Assembly (NCBI GenBank): GCA_964252035.1
Contig: OZ176215.1
Origin: Podarcis erhardii
Lineage: Eukaryota
Reading direction: 5' to 3' (one strand)
Length of the DNA stretch: 64,000 bases
Below the pieces are notes generated by a model, which had not been told where the DNA came from, did not search any database, and was given only the letters and a program-made list of their open reading frames with translations. Shown piece after piece: positions 12,769 to 25,100 of this stretch (its first letter is position 1; each line of letters begins with the position of its first letter). The position numbers and the translations under genes were made by a program.

Positions 12769-13497
12769 TACAGACCGTTTGGGGGAAATTGTCACTTAAA
12801 AAAAAAAAGTTATGAAACAATCTTACAGGGAAGAGTCTATGACCACAAAGTATACTTAAACTAGTTCACTTTTTACAGAAATATTCAAGTGTTCAGTTAT
12901 TGATGGCCCATATGGATTCCAGATGCCTGGAGTATGTGACAGGTCATTTCTGAAGCCTATTCTGGGCCATCAATACTAGCCACAGCATTGCTTTCAGAGT
13001 GCAAGAGCTGGCTTTGTTTTGGACTGTATCAGGTTGTCATTTCACTTTCAAGAGTGGGGAGGAAAGAACAGGCAACTACAGCTACACTTGTGATGGAAGA
13101 GTCGCTGGTGATGGTGGGCCACTGAGAGAAGCTGCTTTTGACCTTAGCTAGTGGAAGGCAATTTTAAAAGACACACCACACAGCAGCAAGGACAACAATC
13201 GGGTGGAACTACTGTTGTACTGATAATTCTCTAAGGTCAGTTACGAAGGTCCGTATACAGCAGCCCCCTTGCCGTGTCTTCAGTGCGCTGAAGAAGGCTG
13301 ACACTTCCAATGAAGTGGTTGCCCGTTGGAAGTTTTTCTTGGACAGTAGTAGTTCAGGATGCAGAGTGGCTGCTCGTCCCCCACTTTAGCTACCGCCACA
13401 TTACGGATGACAAAAAGGATATCGTGGAGAAAGACTTGAGACTGCAACAGGCAAAGCGACTTCACCCTGTTCACTCACACTTGACAGATGCAGCACC

Positions 13498-13503
13498 TTT
13501 AAT
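13498..13503 (-). terminator. Candidate proximal polyadenylation signal of EIF4ENIF1
   Basis: ATTAAA on the minus strand about 600 nt after the stop, preceded by a cluster of UGUA motifs and followed by GU-containing sequence. Confidence 0.45.
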
Positions 13504-14103
13504 CTTAAACAAGTCCCACATGTACAGTGAAAAGATCCCAAATCATAGGCACACAAACTAAAGCGTAACTTTTTACTAGCTACTCTTATGTACAGCTGTA
13601 TAAGGTTTCAAAAAAAGCTATCTGGTGGAGATATATATATATACAAAAAGATGTTTATACATTGGTCTGTACACAAGGGTCTATACATTTAATTTCCTGT
13701 GAGGAACCCCTTAAGCTGCTACCTCTATCCTCAAGAGGATTCCCAGCACTTCATTCACATATCTTACAAAGAAAGCCAAACGCAAAAAAGGGGAAATGCT
13801 TTCAGAATTGGAACTGGTCCTGTCTTGCATCAAAGTTCCTTCAGGTTTCACTGTTCAGTCCAGGAGATTCTTTTAATCTCAATGTAGACATGGGAGCTCG
13901 GACAGGTGCCATGTGCTTCCAGTCACTCAAAAAAAAGAAGAAGAATGAAGAAAACAAGAAAAAGAAGGGGGGGGGAGAAAAGAAAACCTTGCACAAAGTG
14001 CTAAAACCAAAGCGCCCAAAAGGAAATGCCAGTGAAGCACAGAGTTCCGTGTCTAAGGAGGCAGCAGCAGGAAGACTAAGTACCTGCTCTTCAACACAGC
14101 TGC

Positions 14104-17100
14104 TTACTGCCGGTACTCCAGTTCGTCTACACTGATTACTTTGGATGGCATGGAAGGGAGAGGTTGCTGTAAGACGTCCGAACCAAACCATTTTGCAAGA
14201 CCAACAGGGGAGCTACTTCGCTGGTTCGCACGGTGGTCAAGCTGTGAGTGCACATGAGGCAGTCCAGTCCGAGATGGCACATTCAGAGGGGGAGTTTGTA
14301 CACCAACAGCAGATCCTTGTGCACTTGAGCCTGCGGAAGGGGGAGCAAGGAGAGGAGAGAGAAAGAAAGAAAGGAAAAATGAAATATATGCCTTGAGCAA
14401 ACATGAGGCTGCTTTGAAAGTGTGATGGGAAGCTTCAGTCCTGGTGGTGAATGGACTGTATGTTTGGCTCTGGGTCAGAAGCTCTTCTTCAGCTTTTCTA
14501 AGAGAACAGATAGAACTCCTGAAGTGAGTGGCAAAATAAAAGCTTTCTTCATCCCTGAACTCTATAACCATTCAGAGTACAGCTCGACCATGCTACAGGG
14601 TAGATGCAAGCAGTTCAGTTGCTAGTTCTGTTTGTTGCAGCAGTATTCAGGGGCCAACAGCATTTGCAAAAGCTCTGCTTGCCAGCCTCCTGAACTCAAG
14701 CATCAAGAAGGCCTGGCCTCTTCACAAGACTAGGTGGCTTCCGCTCTCCAAGGTGGAGAGAAGCACTTGAGCTCTCCTCCAAAATACCACTTGTGACATG
14801 AGCCACCATCAGAGCCATCTTTCCCACTGGGCTTATTGGTGCATTGCGCCAGGGTGCAGGCCTCTCAGGGGTGCCCCAGCGAGTCCCACCAGTTGGGCCC
14901 CGCCAACTATATGGCTGGTGGTGGTGGCAGAGGAAGGGGGGAGCGGCAAAGCATCTGAAAGCGCCGTCCCCCCCATGGGCGGATGGGTGGATCACGCAGC
15001 CACACCAATCAGCACCCCCAACGGGTGGGAGGATGGCGCAGCTGCGGCAATCGGTAGCCCTGGTAGGGCTCCTTCCCTCCCAGTAAAGTGGCTCCCCTGT
15101 CCCCCTACCTCCCTGACTGACTCTCTGGCAAGCCAGCGGCTCATGAGCAACAGCACAGGCAAAGCTGCACCTCTCCCTCCCTCCCCCCAGCTCACTGTCA
15201 AACCGCAAAGCGGCTCTCCCTTCTCCCACCACTGGGGCAGGCACCTCCTTGTTTTCCTTTTCAAAAGGGAAAACAACTCATCACTTAGTTTCCCCTATTG
15301 TCTTTCTCTTTCTTTGGTGTTGTGTGTGTGTCTGTTTCCCTTTCCTCTGCCAGCTGCAGTAAGCCACCAAGAGGCAGCAAACTTGTACGCTTCTGCCTCC
15401 CAGCCCCTCACCAAGCTCGGCTAAAAGAAGAGGAAGAAGCTTCAGCCGCCAAACAAAATCACAAGCGGATCTGTGTTGGGAGGCACACTTTGCCTCCCTC
15501 CTCCAGGTCATTTTCACCCAACGCATTGTCAAATTCACCTCTGCAAAAGAGCAGTCTTCTGCTTTAAATGTCCTGTTCAAACCTTAGTTTGCAGAAATGA
15601 ACTTAGTGATCGCCTCCCCCTTCTGCTTCTTTCTCTCCTCCTAGATGTCTGCACTAGCTAGCATTTATATGGAGATCAGTCCCCCCCCCCCCCCGGTGTC
15701 AGCTCCCTAAAAAAAGGTCAACAACTCTGGGAAGGGGGGGGGGGGGCACCGGAGGCATCTTTGCACCACGGTGCTGGATATGCTTAAGACAGCCCTGGCC
15801 ACCATCTGGTATCTTCTAGTGCAGAAATAGGCCTACGTTAGCCTTGCTGAGCGATTTCCTGTGGGCTACCAAAGTGTTTTGAAACTTTACAAAACAAAGC
15901 AAGAACATAAAGGATTTATTAACACAGACTAGCTGCAGCATAGCTGTTAAAGATCCAGAATGTGAAGGTCTACTTAAGACAAGCGGTGCCTTAGCTCATC
16001 ATTCTCTGCAAAATCTTATCAACAGGCCAAGGTGGTCTACTGAAGGATGGCAGCCCACCATCTGCTTAACTCTGCTCTAGCAGCAAGGAGAAGTACTGTA
16101 AGCTGCTTGTTTCTAAGTGAGAGTTTTGCTATTCAAGCTGGAAAGGAACCATTTAGAACACTGGCAGTTCCTGATTACCTGGGGAGGGAAAACCTTACCT
16201 GATCTCTGTAGCTGCTGCTGCATCATTGCCAGCTGCAGAGGTGTCCCAGAGCGAGGATTCAAGAGAGGATGGCCAGCTGTTGGAAGCGGGTAACAAGGCT
16301 GACCAAGGATGGGAGCAGATACTCCCTGGAAGTGAGTCAGGTCTACCCCAGGGGGAATCATACCTGGTAGGAAGAAAAAAATCCCCGATAAGCAAATGAT
16401 CTCTCCTCAGTTTTGGAGATTTATCTGCATTTCTAGCCCAACCATTCCCAAGAATTCAAGGCAAGTTAATAGCCGTTTTGACTCAAAACCACAAGCCACT
16501 GTTTAAATGGATTTGATCATTTGCTTGGCCGTGGTCGTCTTCACACACTGCCTGTTTCAGGTTCTTAAGGAGATCCCAAAGAAATTGTGCCCAAATCATA
16601 GAACTGAAAAGTTAGAATGGAAACAAGAGGATCTTTTAGTCCAACTCCCTGCAATACAGGAATATTTTACTGAAGGTGGGGCTCGAACCCATGACCGCAA
16701 GATTAAGGGTCTCATGCTCTACCCACTGAGCTATCCCAGCAGTCCGATCACTCATTTAAGTTCCACCTACAAGGTAACAGAATTCATAAAGGTTGCTGTG
16801 CTTAAGTATTCTTTTTAACCTTGCAGTTAGTAAGATGGCCCGACAGTTTGTTCCCATGTTAGGGAAGAAGAAAGATTACCTGCTTGCAGCAGAGGTGGAA
16901 GATGCTGAGGATGAATGCCTTGCTGCAGCATCCTCTGGACTAATCCCGGGGGCAGTTGATGAGTAGGCCGTACCATTGGTACATGAGGAACCAGGGGGAC
17001 CTGGTGGACGGGACGGAGGAAAGTAGACCCCGGGACAGGGGAAGCCATGGTAGGGGTCTTTCTCCCAGTGGACTTCGGCCTGTAGTCTTGTTCTTTGGTG

Positions 17101-20100
17101 CAACGATTGGTCTGAGAAAGTGGCGTCGAACAGGCAGAGCGCTGTAGTGATGCTAGCTTGGTACCTATGGAAGGTGAATTCTCTTGATCTACATGTTCTA
17201 TGGACCTAGATGGCAGCAAGCCCTCTGTGGAGAGACAAGAGCAAATCACTTAAGTTTACTATAATTTGGGGTGGGGTTTGGAAAGAGAGCACACTCACTG
17301 CCCATGCTGACAAGAAGCCACCGCAGCCAAATTGCCTGTTGGATCGAGCGGCTTATCTCACATTCCCACAACAACCCTGTGGTTGGGCTTGGCTAGGCTT
17401 AGCCTTTACTCCCCCACCCCCCAATTTAACTTAAGAACCGCCTGCTGGATCAGGCCAATGCCTCAGGTACTCTAGCATCCTGTTCTCACAGTCGTCACCC
17501 AGGTGCCAATGGAAAACAGGACTAGAGGACAAACGCACTCTCCTCTCCTGTGGCTTCCGACAACAGGTGTTTAGAAGCATTGCTGCCTCTGACCATGGAG
17601 ACAGAGCGTAGCCATCATGGTTAGTAGCAATAAATAGCTCTCTCCTCCATTAATTTGTCTAATTCTCCCTTAAAGCTATTTAGGTTGGTGACTATCACCG
17701 CCTCCAGTGGGAGTGAGTTCCATAGTTTAACTATATGCTGCTTTTCCACAAAACTGTTTCCCCAGAGACCAGGCTAGAGAAGATTTTATAGCCCAGGCAT
17801 CCCCAAACTCTGCCCTCCAGATGTTTTGGGGACTACAACTCCCATCGTCCCTAGCTAACAGGACCAGTGGTCAGGGATGATGGAAATTGTAGTCCCAAAA
17901 ACACCTGGAGGGCCGAGTTTGGGGGTGCCTGGTATAGCCCATGATCACATGAAACTTCATGCCTGAAGCAAGGATTTGTGGCCAGGCCTCTCTGGTCCAA
18001 ATTGGAACCCCTCCACTACCACCACACTGCATAGCTGTGGCCCAGGCACAGCAGAGCTGGCATGAGCCACTTAACCCTCACAGGAGATGTTCCATGCCCT
18101 GCTCCTTCACAGTGCTAGCTTCCAAAGGTTTGTTTCTTCTCTACTCACCATTACTGCCTCCCTGTGCTTCATTTTCTACTCTATGGATGCAGAGGAAGTT
18201 ACACCATGTACATTTGCCAGGCCTGCCTAATTTTGATTTGTCAATCACATTTAGATGAGAAGATTTAATGAATTTTGGCAGAGAATACCAAGTAGCTTGC
18301 CTGTCTTGTCTCTCTGCGCAACCCATGAACCACAGAACACTCTCCTGCCTATTCGCCAGCCTCTTCAGGAGAGACCCCTCTCTTTTGGCTTTACAGAGAT
18401 TTTCTGGACAGAATTTATGGCACATGGTGGCATGGACTTATTTAGACCTCCGTTTCGCCTTTCACAACACAGATGGCCGCCACACCATCCCGTACCTTCA
18501 CTGTTCCTCAGACCTTCATCTCTCTCACTGCATTTCAGCTTTGCAGGATTTGGTTCATCTTTACTTTTGTCTTTGCTTTCATACATCTTGCGTATCACTG
18601 AGGTAGGAGTAAAGGAAGGAGACAGCTAGAAAGAAAACAAAAAGATCACCAGAAATTAGTAGCCCATTGTGTGGGATAGTTTTTGTGCATCGGGCAGCTC
18701 ATCTAGCTAGAAAAGTTCCAGAGCCCTAGATACACCAGGCAGTGCCTGGGACCCCAAGGAGATGCTATAGAAATGTACAACTAAAGAAGAGTTTGAAGGA
18801 GAAGTGCCACCACAACAATAATAAAGTCAAGTTCATGTGGTATTACAACACTTCCATTAGCTGGAAATTGAAAGAGGGCTTCTACTACACTAAATCTGAT
18901 CCATTTGTTCTTTGTTTTTTTGTACAAAATCGGGTCTTTCAATAGCACTAACCATGCTAGTAATGGAAGCAGCAGGGGCTGGAGGAGAAGAGGCATTCCC
19001 TCTGTGGCCCATGGGAGCAGGAGATTTCGACAGACGCTGCTGCTGTTGCTGCTGCCTAAGAAAGAGAAAACACACATTAACTGTTGCCCCATCCTCTTTC
19101 TGCCTGGGGAACAAGAAAGCTCCTTGGCTAAACTGTCCCGGGAGTCTGGCCTGCTCTGGTCTACTGATACAAATCAGTTTGGAGGCAGGATAAAAATGGG
19201 CTAGTTTTTAAGACAGGAAATGGAAGGTACTGCTTAGCACAACACTAAGCTTGGTCTTTGAACCTGGTTCTTTGTGTAGTTGAAAGAGAGCAGGACAGAC
19301 TACCTTTCATCACTAGGTCAGAACTCTGGTAAAGAAGCCACAGTCCTTTCTCTGCAGGAAAGCAGGCTGTGAGAGTTCCAGCCAGACCTGGGGATGGCCA
19401 GGCAGAGCAACGTGGAGGGGAAAGCAGGTCACTTGCCTTGTGCCAAGTGTTTTCTTGGCGAAAGCAATTTCACCCTAAGTACTACAGACCAATCCCTGCA
19501 GTTCAGATTCAGTGGTCCCCACAGCTTTTCATGCATCAATATCCAACAATCATTGTGCAAAATATATGCAATATACATTACAAATATTTAATTTTTACAG
19601 GCACTGCTTGGGTTTCATGAAGTTACAGTCCAAGCCCTACGTGAGCAAAACTATTTATTCCTAGCAAACTTGAGACCCACATTTCAAACTATCTTCGCCA
19701 GAGCTCTGGGATGAGCCTCCTTTGAAAAATACGGTAGGACAAATAGACATAAGGGAGCATTGAAATTGCTCTCCCAGCTACCAAACTGCTGTTTATGCTC
19801 ACCTGTTCCTGAAGCCATCTCGGTTTTTGTCCATTTGTAGTTTGCCAAAACCCGGCTGGTAGAAGTTCGACACCTGCATGGTTAAGTCATGTGGAAGCGA
19901 GAGGCCTTCTAATGCTGCTTGCTGCAGCTCAAGCGGACTCATCTGAAATAAAGATTTCAGCAGGGTCGTAAGTCTAAAGCCAAGACTTTTAAACTGTTAG
20001 ATTATTATTACAAATTAGCTGCAGATGCCAACACTAAAAGGTTTCTTTAGTGTTAACAAGTCTGTACCAAAAGGCAACATTCCCCTCTTAAATAGGAGGG

Positions 20101-22075
20101 TCACCACCTCATGCTTGCACTATTTAACCCAGATGTTAGGAGTAAGATGCTGAATTACAGCACAGTTGCAAGGAAAGCACTTCAACACTTCTGCTTCAGA
20201 TTATCCTCCAACTCTATTCCGAGATAGCTTATCTGGTAACCCTCATTTTAAAGTATATCTCCAAAGACATTTGCCTATTGTAAAGGTAGAATCCAAATGT
20301 ACCTATGATCTAAGCGAGAAGTCATTTCTCAAAACTGTCTGAATAGGTCAGTAACAAGGCTCTAACTAGGTCAGTAGAGGTCACAGGTATTTTATATTCT
20401 CTCACTGGAGTGCCCTTGCATGCTGGGCAGAGAGAAGGAATGTTAACTGGAAAACAGGTTATTACCCCACCCTCCAGTTTCTTAGACCTAACCACACATC
20501 TCCCAAATCCTTTTGAGCTTCTGGCATGTTGTAGGAGATACCTCTCCTACATTCCCTGTACACCCCATCACTGACCAAGATGTTTGCCTTATAATAGGCC
20601 ACTCTCACCGTAGAAGTCCCAACTTTTCAACACGGCATGCAATTCTGCAAGGAGCCTAACATAAGTGTGACTGAATAAAATACAATTCCTTCATTCAGCT
20701 AGATAGAATCGTTGCCGTTTCTAGCAGTGAGCCAGCTAGGCTAGGCTACATTCCACACCCATCATGATTCCAACTTAAACACCAAAGGGTAGGAAAAGCA
20801 TTCCTCCCCCGTCACCTGTGCAGCAGCTGGGCTCATCGACTTCCGGATCCCCTGAAATGGATCACCAAGCAGCTGTTGAGAACCTGATCCAAAGCCTGCA
20901 ATGAGATAAGTGAGCAGCTTCAACATTAAGTGAACCAGTGGCCTAGTGGTCCTAAAAATCCTATAGAAACAGATGGTTTTCTCTTAAGACATTTTGTTCT
21001 AGGAAAGCTGAAGCTCTTTTGAACACATAAAAAAGAGCTACTGACTTTAGAGAAGTCATCTGGACTTGTTAGTTTGCAATTCAAATTAATTCTGATCCAA
21101 GGTTATTATTCAGAGCCTGAGTCCAACTTGTTTTGCTTAGAAACTCTGAGTCGATTGTAGGAGTGTGAAACAATGAGCTTCCCAGGAGTACCAGTAGGCA
21201 GGCAATGGATGTATCCAAAGGAAGCTGATGGGGAGATTCCAGCTCTTACCAATTGGTGAGGAGATCTGATGCCTTAGATAGTCGGCAGAAGCAGCTCGAG
21301 TCGGAAACATCTGAGAAATCGGAGGCTGCGGTGGAGAGGGGGCTCTTTGGCCAAGCAGAGATGAGACAGGTTCCAAGCCACTCATCAAGTTGTTGAGGAC
21401 ATTAGATGAAGCAGGTCTGCCACTGGATGGCCCGAGGATCTCCTTTGGAAATAACACAGGAATTTCAGATCCTCCAACTATGACGACTACTTAAAGTCAC
21501 TTCCCAGCAGCACATAACAGAAAGAGATGCTCCATAAAAACAAGTCTGCAAAGACATTCCAAACTGCCTGCGGCAGAAAGAATTGCCTCCAGGCAAGCAG
21601 AATGGGAACTTCATCTACTTGTTTTCTTTCAGGCGGTTGTCAAATGGAGCACAGATTCTCATTAAAACAGACATGGAAGGGCAGGCAAGCAGGCTGCAAC
21701 TTTCTGTAAATCTGCAGGGCTGGATTACAAAACTTCTGCAGCCATACTAGCTGAGCCAGTCAACAAGAGCAACACTCCTGCTTTATTTATTTATACAAAT
21801 ATTTTTTAAGTCATTGTAGCAGCTGCATGCAGCTTCTTGTGGTAAGCTCACTGCCATTGAGTGCTGCAAACATCCATTTGCATGCATGGAGTATGACAGT
21901 TGGATGCTTCAGCTAGTACAAAATGGGGATAGGCTACAACCAGCATTTAATTCCAGTGCTCAAAAGGTTTGCGCTGGAGGCTCATACATTATTGAGCCAG
22001 GTTCAAGGTTTGTGTATTATCTTACAAGGCCCTTAGTAACTTGGGTCCAGGTTACATTAAGAACCACCTTATCCC

Positions 22076-22121
<46 letters not shown>

Positions 22122-25100
22122 TTTACTCTACCTGCAAGATATTCTTTGTGGCCGATTGGCCTTGCATCTCAGGAGGCGTTACCAAGTGGCTTTCAAGGGT
22201 TTGCTGAAAATAAGGTGACATGCAGTTTTTGTATCACTTTGTAAGCATTCATCGCCTGCCCCATCCTCCCACTGCAGCCCACCAGCACATGCAAGAATCA
22301 AGACAAATATACCAGTGTAACGAGGCGTCAATTTTATAAGCAGTTTGATAAGCAGGCTATAAGGATGCCAACGCCAGCTCACCCACTTTAAAGACAGAGG
22401 TGGAGGAGCTGGTCTTCCACACATCAAACCTTACTATTGTCACTAACTAACTGGTACTGGCTGAACCGAAGGTGGCCTGCTCAGTGGTAGTTCCCCATTT
22501 ATAGAATGCCCCCTACCCTTATATATTGATATTTAAGTTTTGGATGGTTGGTGAACAGCTTTTGCCCATGCTTTCCTGTTCAATAGGAAATAAATGACAT
22601 CTAATAAAAAGTAACAAAAGTTCATACAATTTCTAAAATTTAGATTTCCACTCTTTGTGCATTAAGAACTCTTACAAGAAATAATTTCCCCGTGTCATGG
22701 GATGCATCCACTAAGAGGCCCTCTCATATAGTTTTAAACTATTGATCCGAAGTATGTCTGCTATACGATTGGGACACGGGTGGTGCTGTGGGTAAAACCT
22801 CAGCACCTAGGACTTGCCGATCGCATGGTCGGTGGTTCGAATCCCCGCGGCGGGGTGCGCTCCCGTCGTTCGGTCCCAGCGCCTGCCAACCTAGCAGTTC
22901 GAAAGCACCCCCGGGTGCAAGTAGATAAATAGGGACCGCTTACCAGCGGGAAGGTAAACGGTGTTCCGTGTGCTGCGCTGGCTCGCCAGATGCAGCTTGT
23001 CACGCTGGCCACATGACCCGGAAGTGTCTGCGGACAGCGCTGGCTCCCGGCCTATAGAGTGAGATGAGCGTACAACCCTAGAGCCTGGCAAGACTGGCCC
23101 GTATGGGCAGGGGTACCTTTACCTTTTACCTATGTGTGCTATACAGTCATACAAGCAGTACGTGTTTGTATATGGAAGTGGTTTCACTTTGTGCCCCAAG
23201 ACTAGGTGTGGTTGAATTTCTATCATTTACGCACTCCTTCTCTACTTACATTGACTTTTGGTTGGGAGGGCAGAGTCCCACTTGCCTTCATAGTACTGAC
23301 TAGTTTGTTGAAGGCAGACATATCGCCATCCTTAAGGTGCCGGGAATCTCTCATGTTTAGTGACTCTTCCATCTGCTCGGCCGTTAAGGGCACGGCAGGT
23401 TTCCTCTCCTGGTCCACTTTCAGGGTTTTCAGCCCAGCTTCTACTTCTTCCACTGAAAGGACAACTCCTGAATGTGCTGAAAGGGTTGGGGTGAGGGAGA
23501 AGAGAGAGATAATCAAGAACTAGATGTTCCATTGATGGGGCAGATTCAGGGATGACAGAGATTGCCAGAAAGGAAGACCACAAGGATACGGCACTAGCTC
23601 CATTTTTGTTCCAGGTCACTGCTTTAAAGCGTCAGTCATTCCAAGGCCATGCAAGGACTTAATGCACATCCAACACCGAAGCTGTAGCTAAATCAAAAAT
23701 TAAGATTCCAGATCTTCCAAACAGCAAATAAGAATCAAACAAAGAGGTGACACAGACATCTTATGAGACTCTCAATAAGGTATGAGTCAGAGATAACTCT
23801 GAGCCCTGTGAGTAACTTAGAAGCCAGCCCAACAGCTTAGCAGAATTTAGATTACATACAAGGGGTTGAAGCATATAAACAGCCACACATATTTGTACAG
23901 TACAAGAGCTATTAGGACAATGGGTACACTCCAGCACAAAGTGCCCCTATAAAGCAACAGAGTCGGGATAATAGCACTTTCCAGTGGACGACACCCCAAG
24001 GCACATGCACAAATGATCTGCAACCTGAGCAAGCTTTCTTTGAGCCACTAAGGATATGAACAATTTCTTCCAAGAATTTTTCAATGAAAAAAAACTATTT
24101 TTCAAATAGTGGTTTGCCTAAAACAGAATAAAAGATCTCTTGGGCTTCTTAACTATGGGTCTCTCTCATGGTTCTAAGTTTTGACTTGCAATACCAGGGC
24201 GCTCTTGGAATGCATGCCTTCACTTCTATGCAGAAGCTGACACCTGAAAGCATATATTCTGCTTACAAGAAGCTGCACTGTCATGCTTGATCCTTATGTC
24301 GTGTCAGTCAATGCTGAACCACTGGTGTTTGAAGTCAGACTAAAACAGAGGCGGATTTTCTATTCACAAGATCATATGTATGCCTTCTATTACTGCACCT
24401 CAGCAAGATAAGAAACCACAACATGGTCAATTTAGACCCATCTGAGCAGAAGCTACTTGCCATTTCACAAAAGCAGTTAACCCAAGCAAGTTCAAGGCTG
24501 TTGTATAAAATTGTGACGCTCCGGTCTTGTGTTTTCCAGGAGCTCCAAGGAGCAGAAGTTGCTTACATCTACTATGGAGACTGAAGAGTAGTCAATAGAA
24601 ACACCAAGTGCATTGTTTGTTGCACTAGAATGGCTTGTCCAGTCTTTAGTCATAGATCATGCAAAGCCACAAAATATGCATCACAAAGAAAACAGTGCTC
24701 TGAAGCAACAGCTAGCCATTTAGGCAAGATGCTTCCAGTTAGCGAACAGATATTGGAACACAGAGGTAATGGGCAGTCTTAGGTCTTGTTTAAGAGTTAT
24801 TGGCCTAAGAAATGTAAATGAATGTATTTCCATAGCAGGAATTGCCTTTTTATTTATTACAGAACAAAATTAGCACCCAATACTGCAATTCAGATGCCCT
24901 GTCAGTCGTGCAGATGCAGGAAAGGACCCAAATCACTTAATGTTCAAGCACATTCAGCAAACTGTAGCAGGAAGATAGAGACTGACATCTGAGCACAGGG
25001 CTCGGCATTACTTTGGGTGGAAACTTTTACAGCAGGGATTTCCCAGTTCCCCACTGTGCATATTCACTGGATGAAAATTCCAACTCCTGCTCCTGTCATC

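Noticed and set aside
15681-15752. C14 and G13 runs as a functional hairpin or G-quadruplex switch
   Set aside because: The flanking ccggtg/caccgg are in the wrong order for one continuous stem. It looks like a low-complexity MITE remnant, and homopolymer lengths are error-prone.
16670-16742. Possible tRNA-Lys gene on the minus strand
   Set aside because: The acceptor stem is broken and it is fused to a CR1 tail, so it is a SINE head rather than a tRNA gene.
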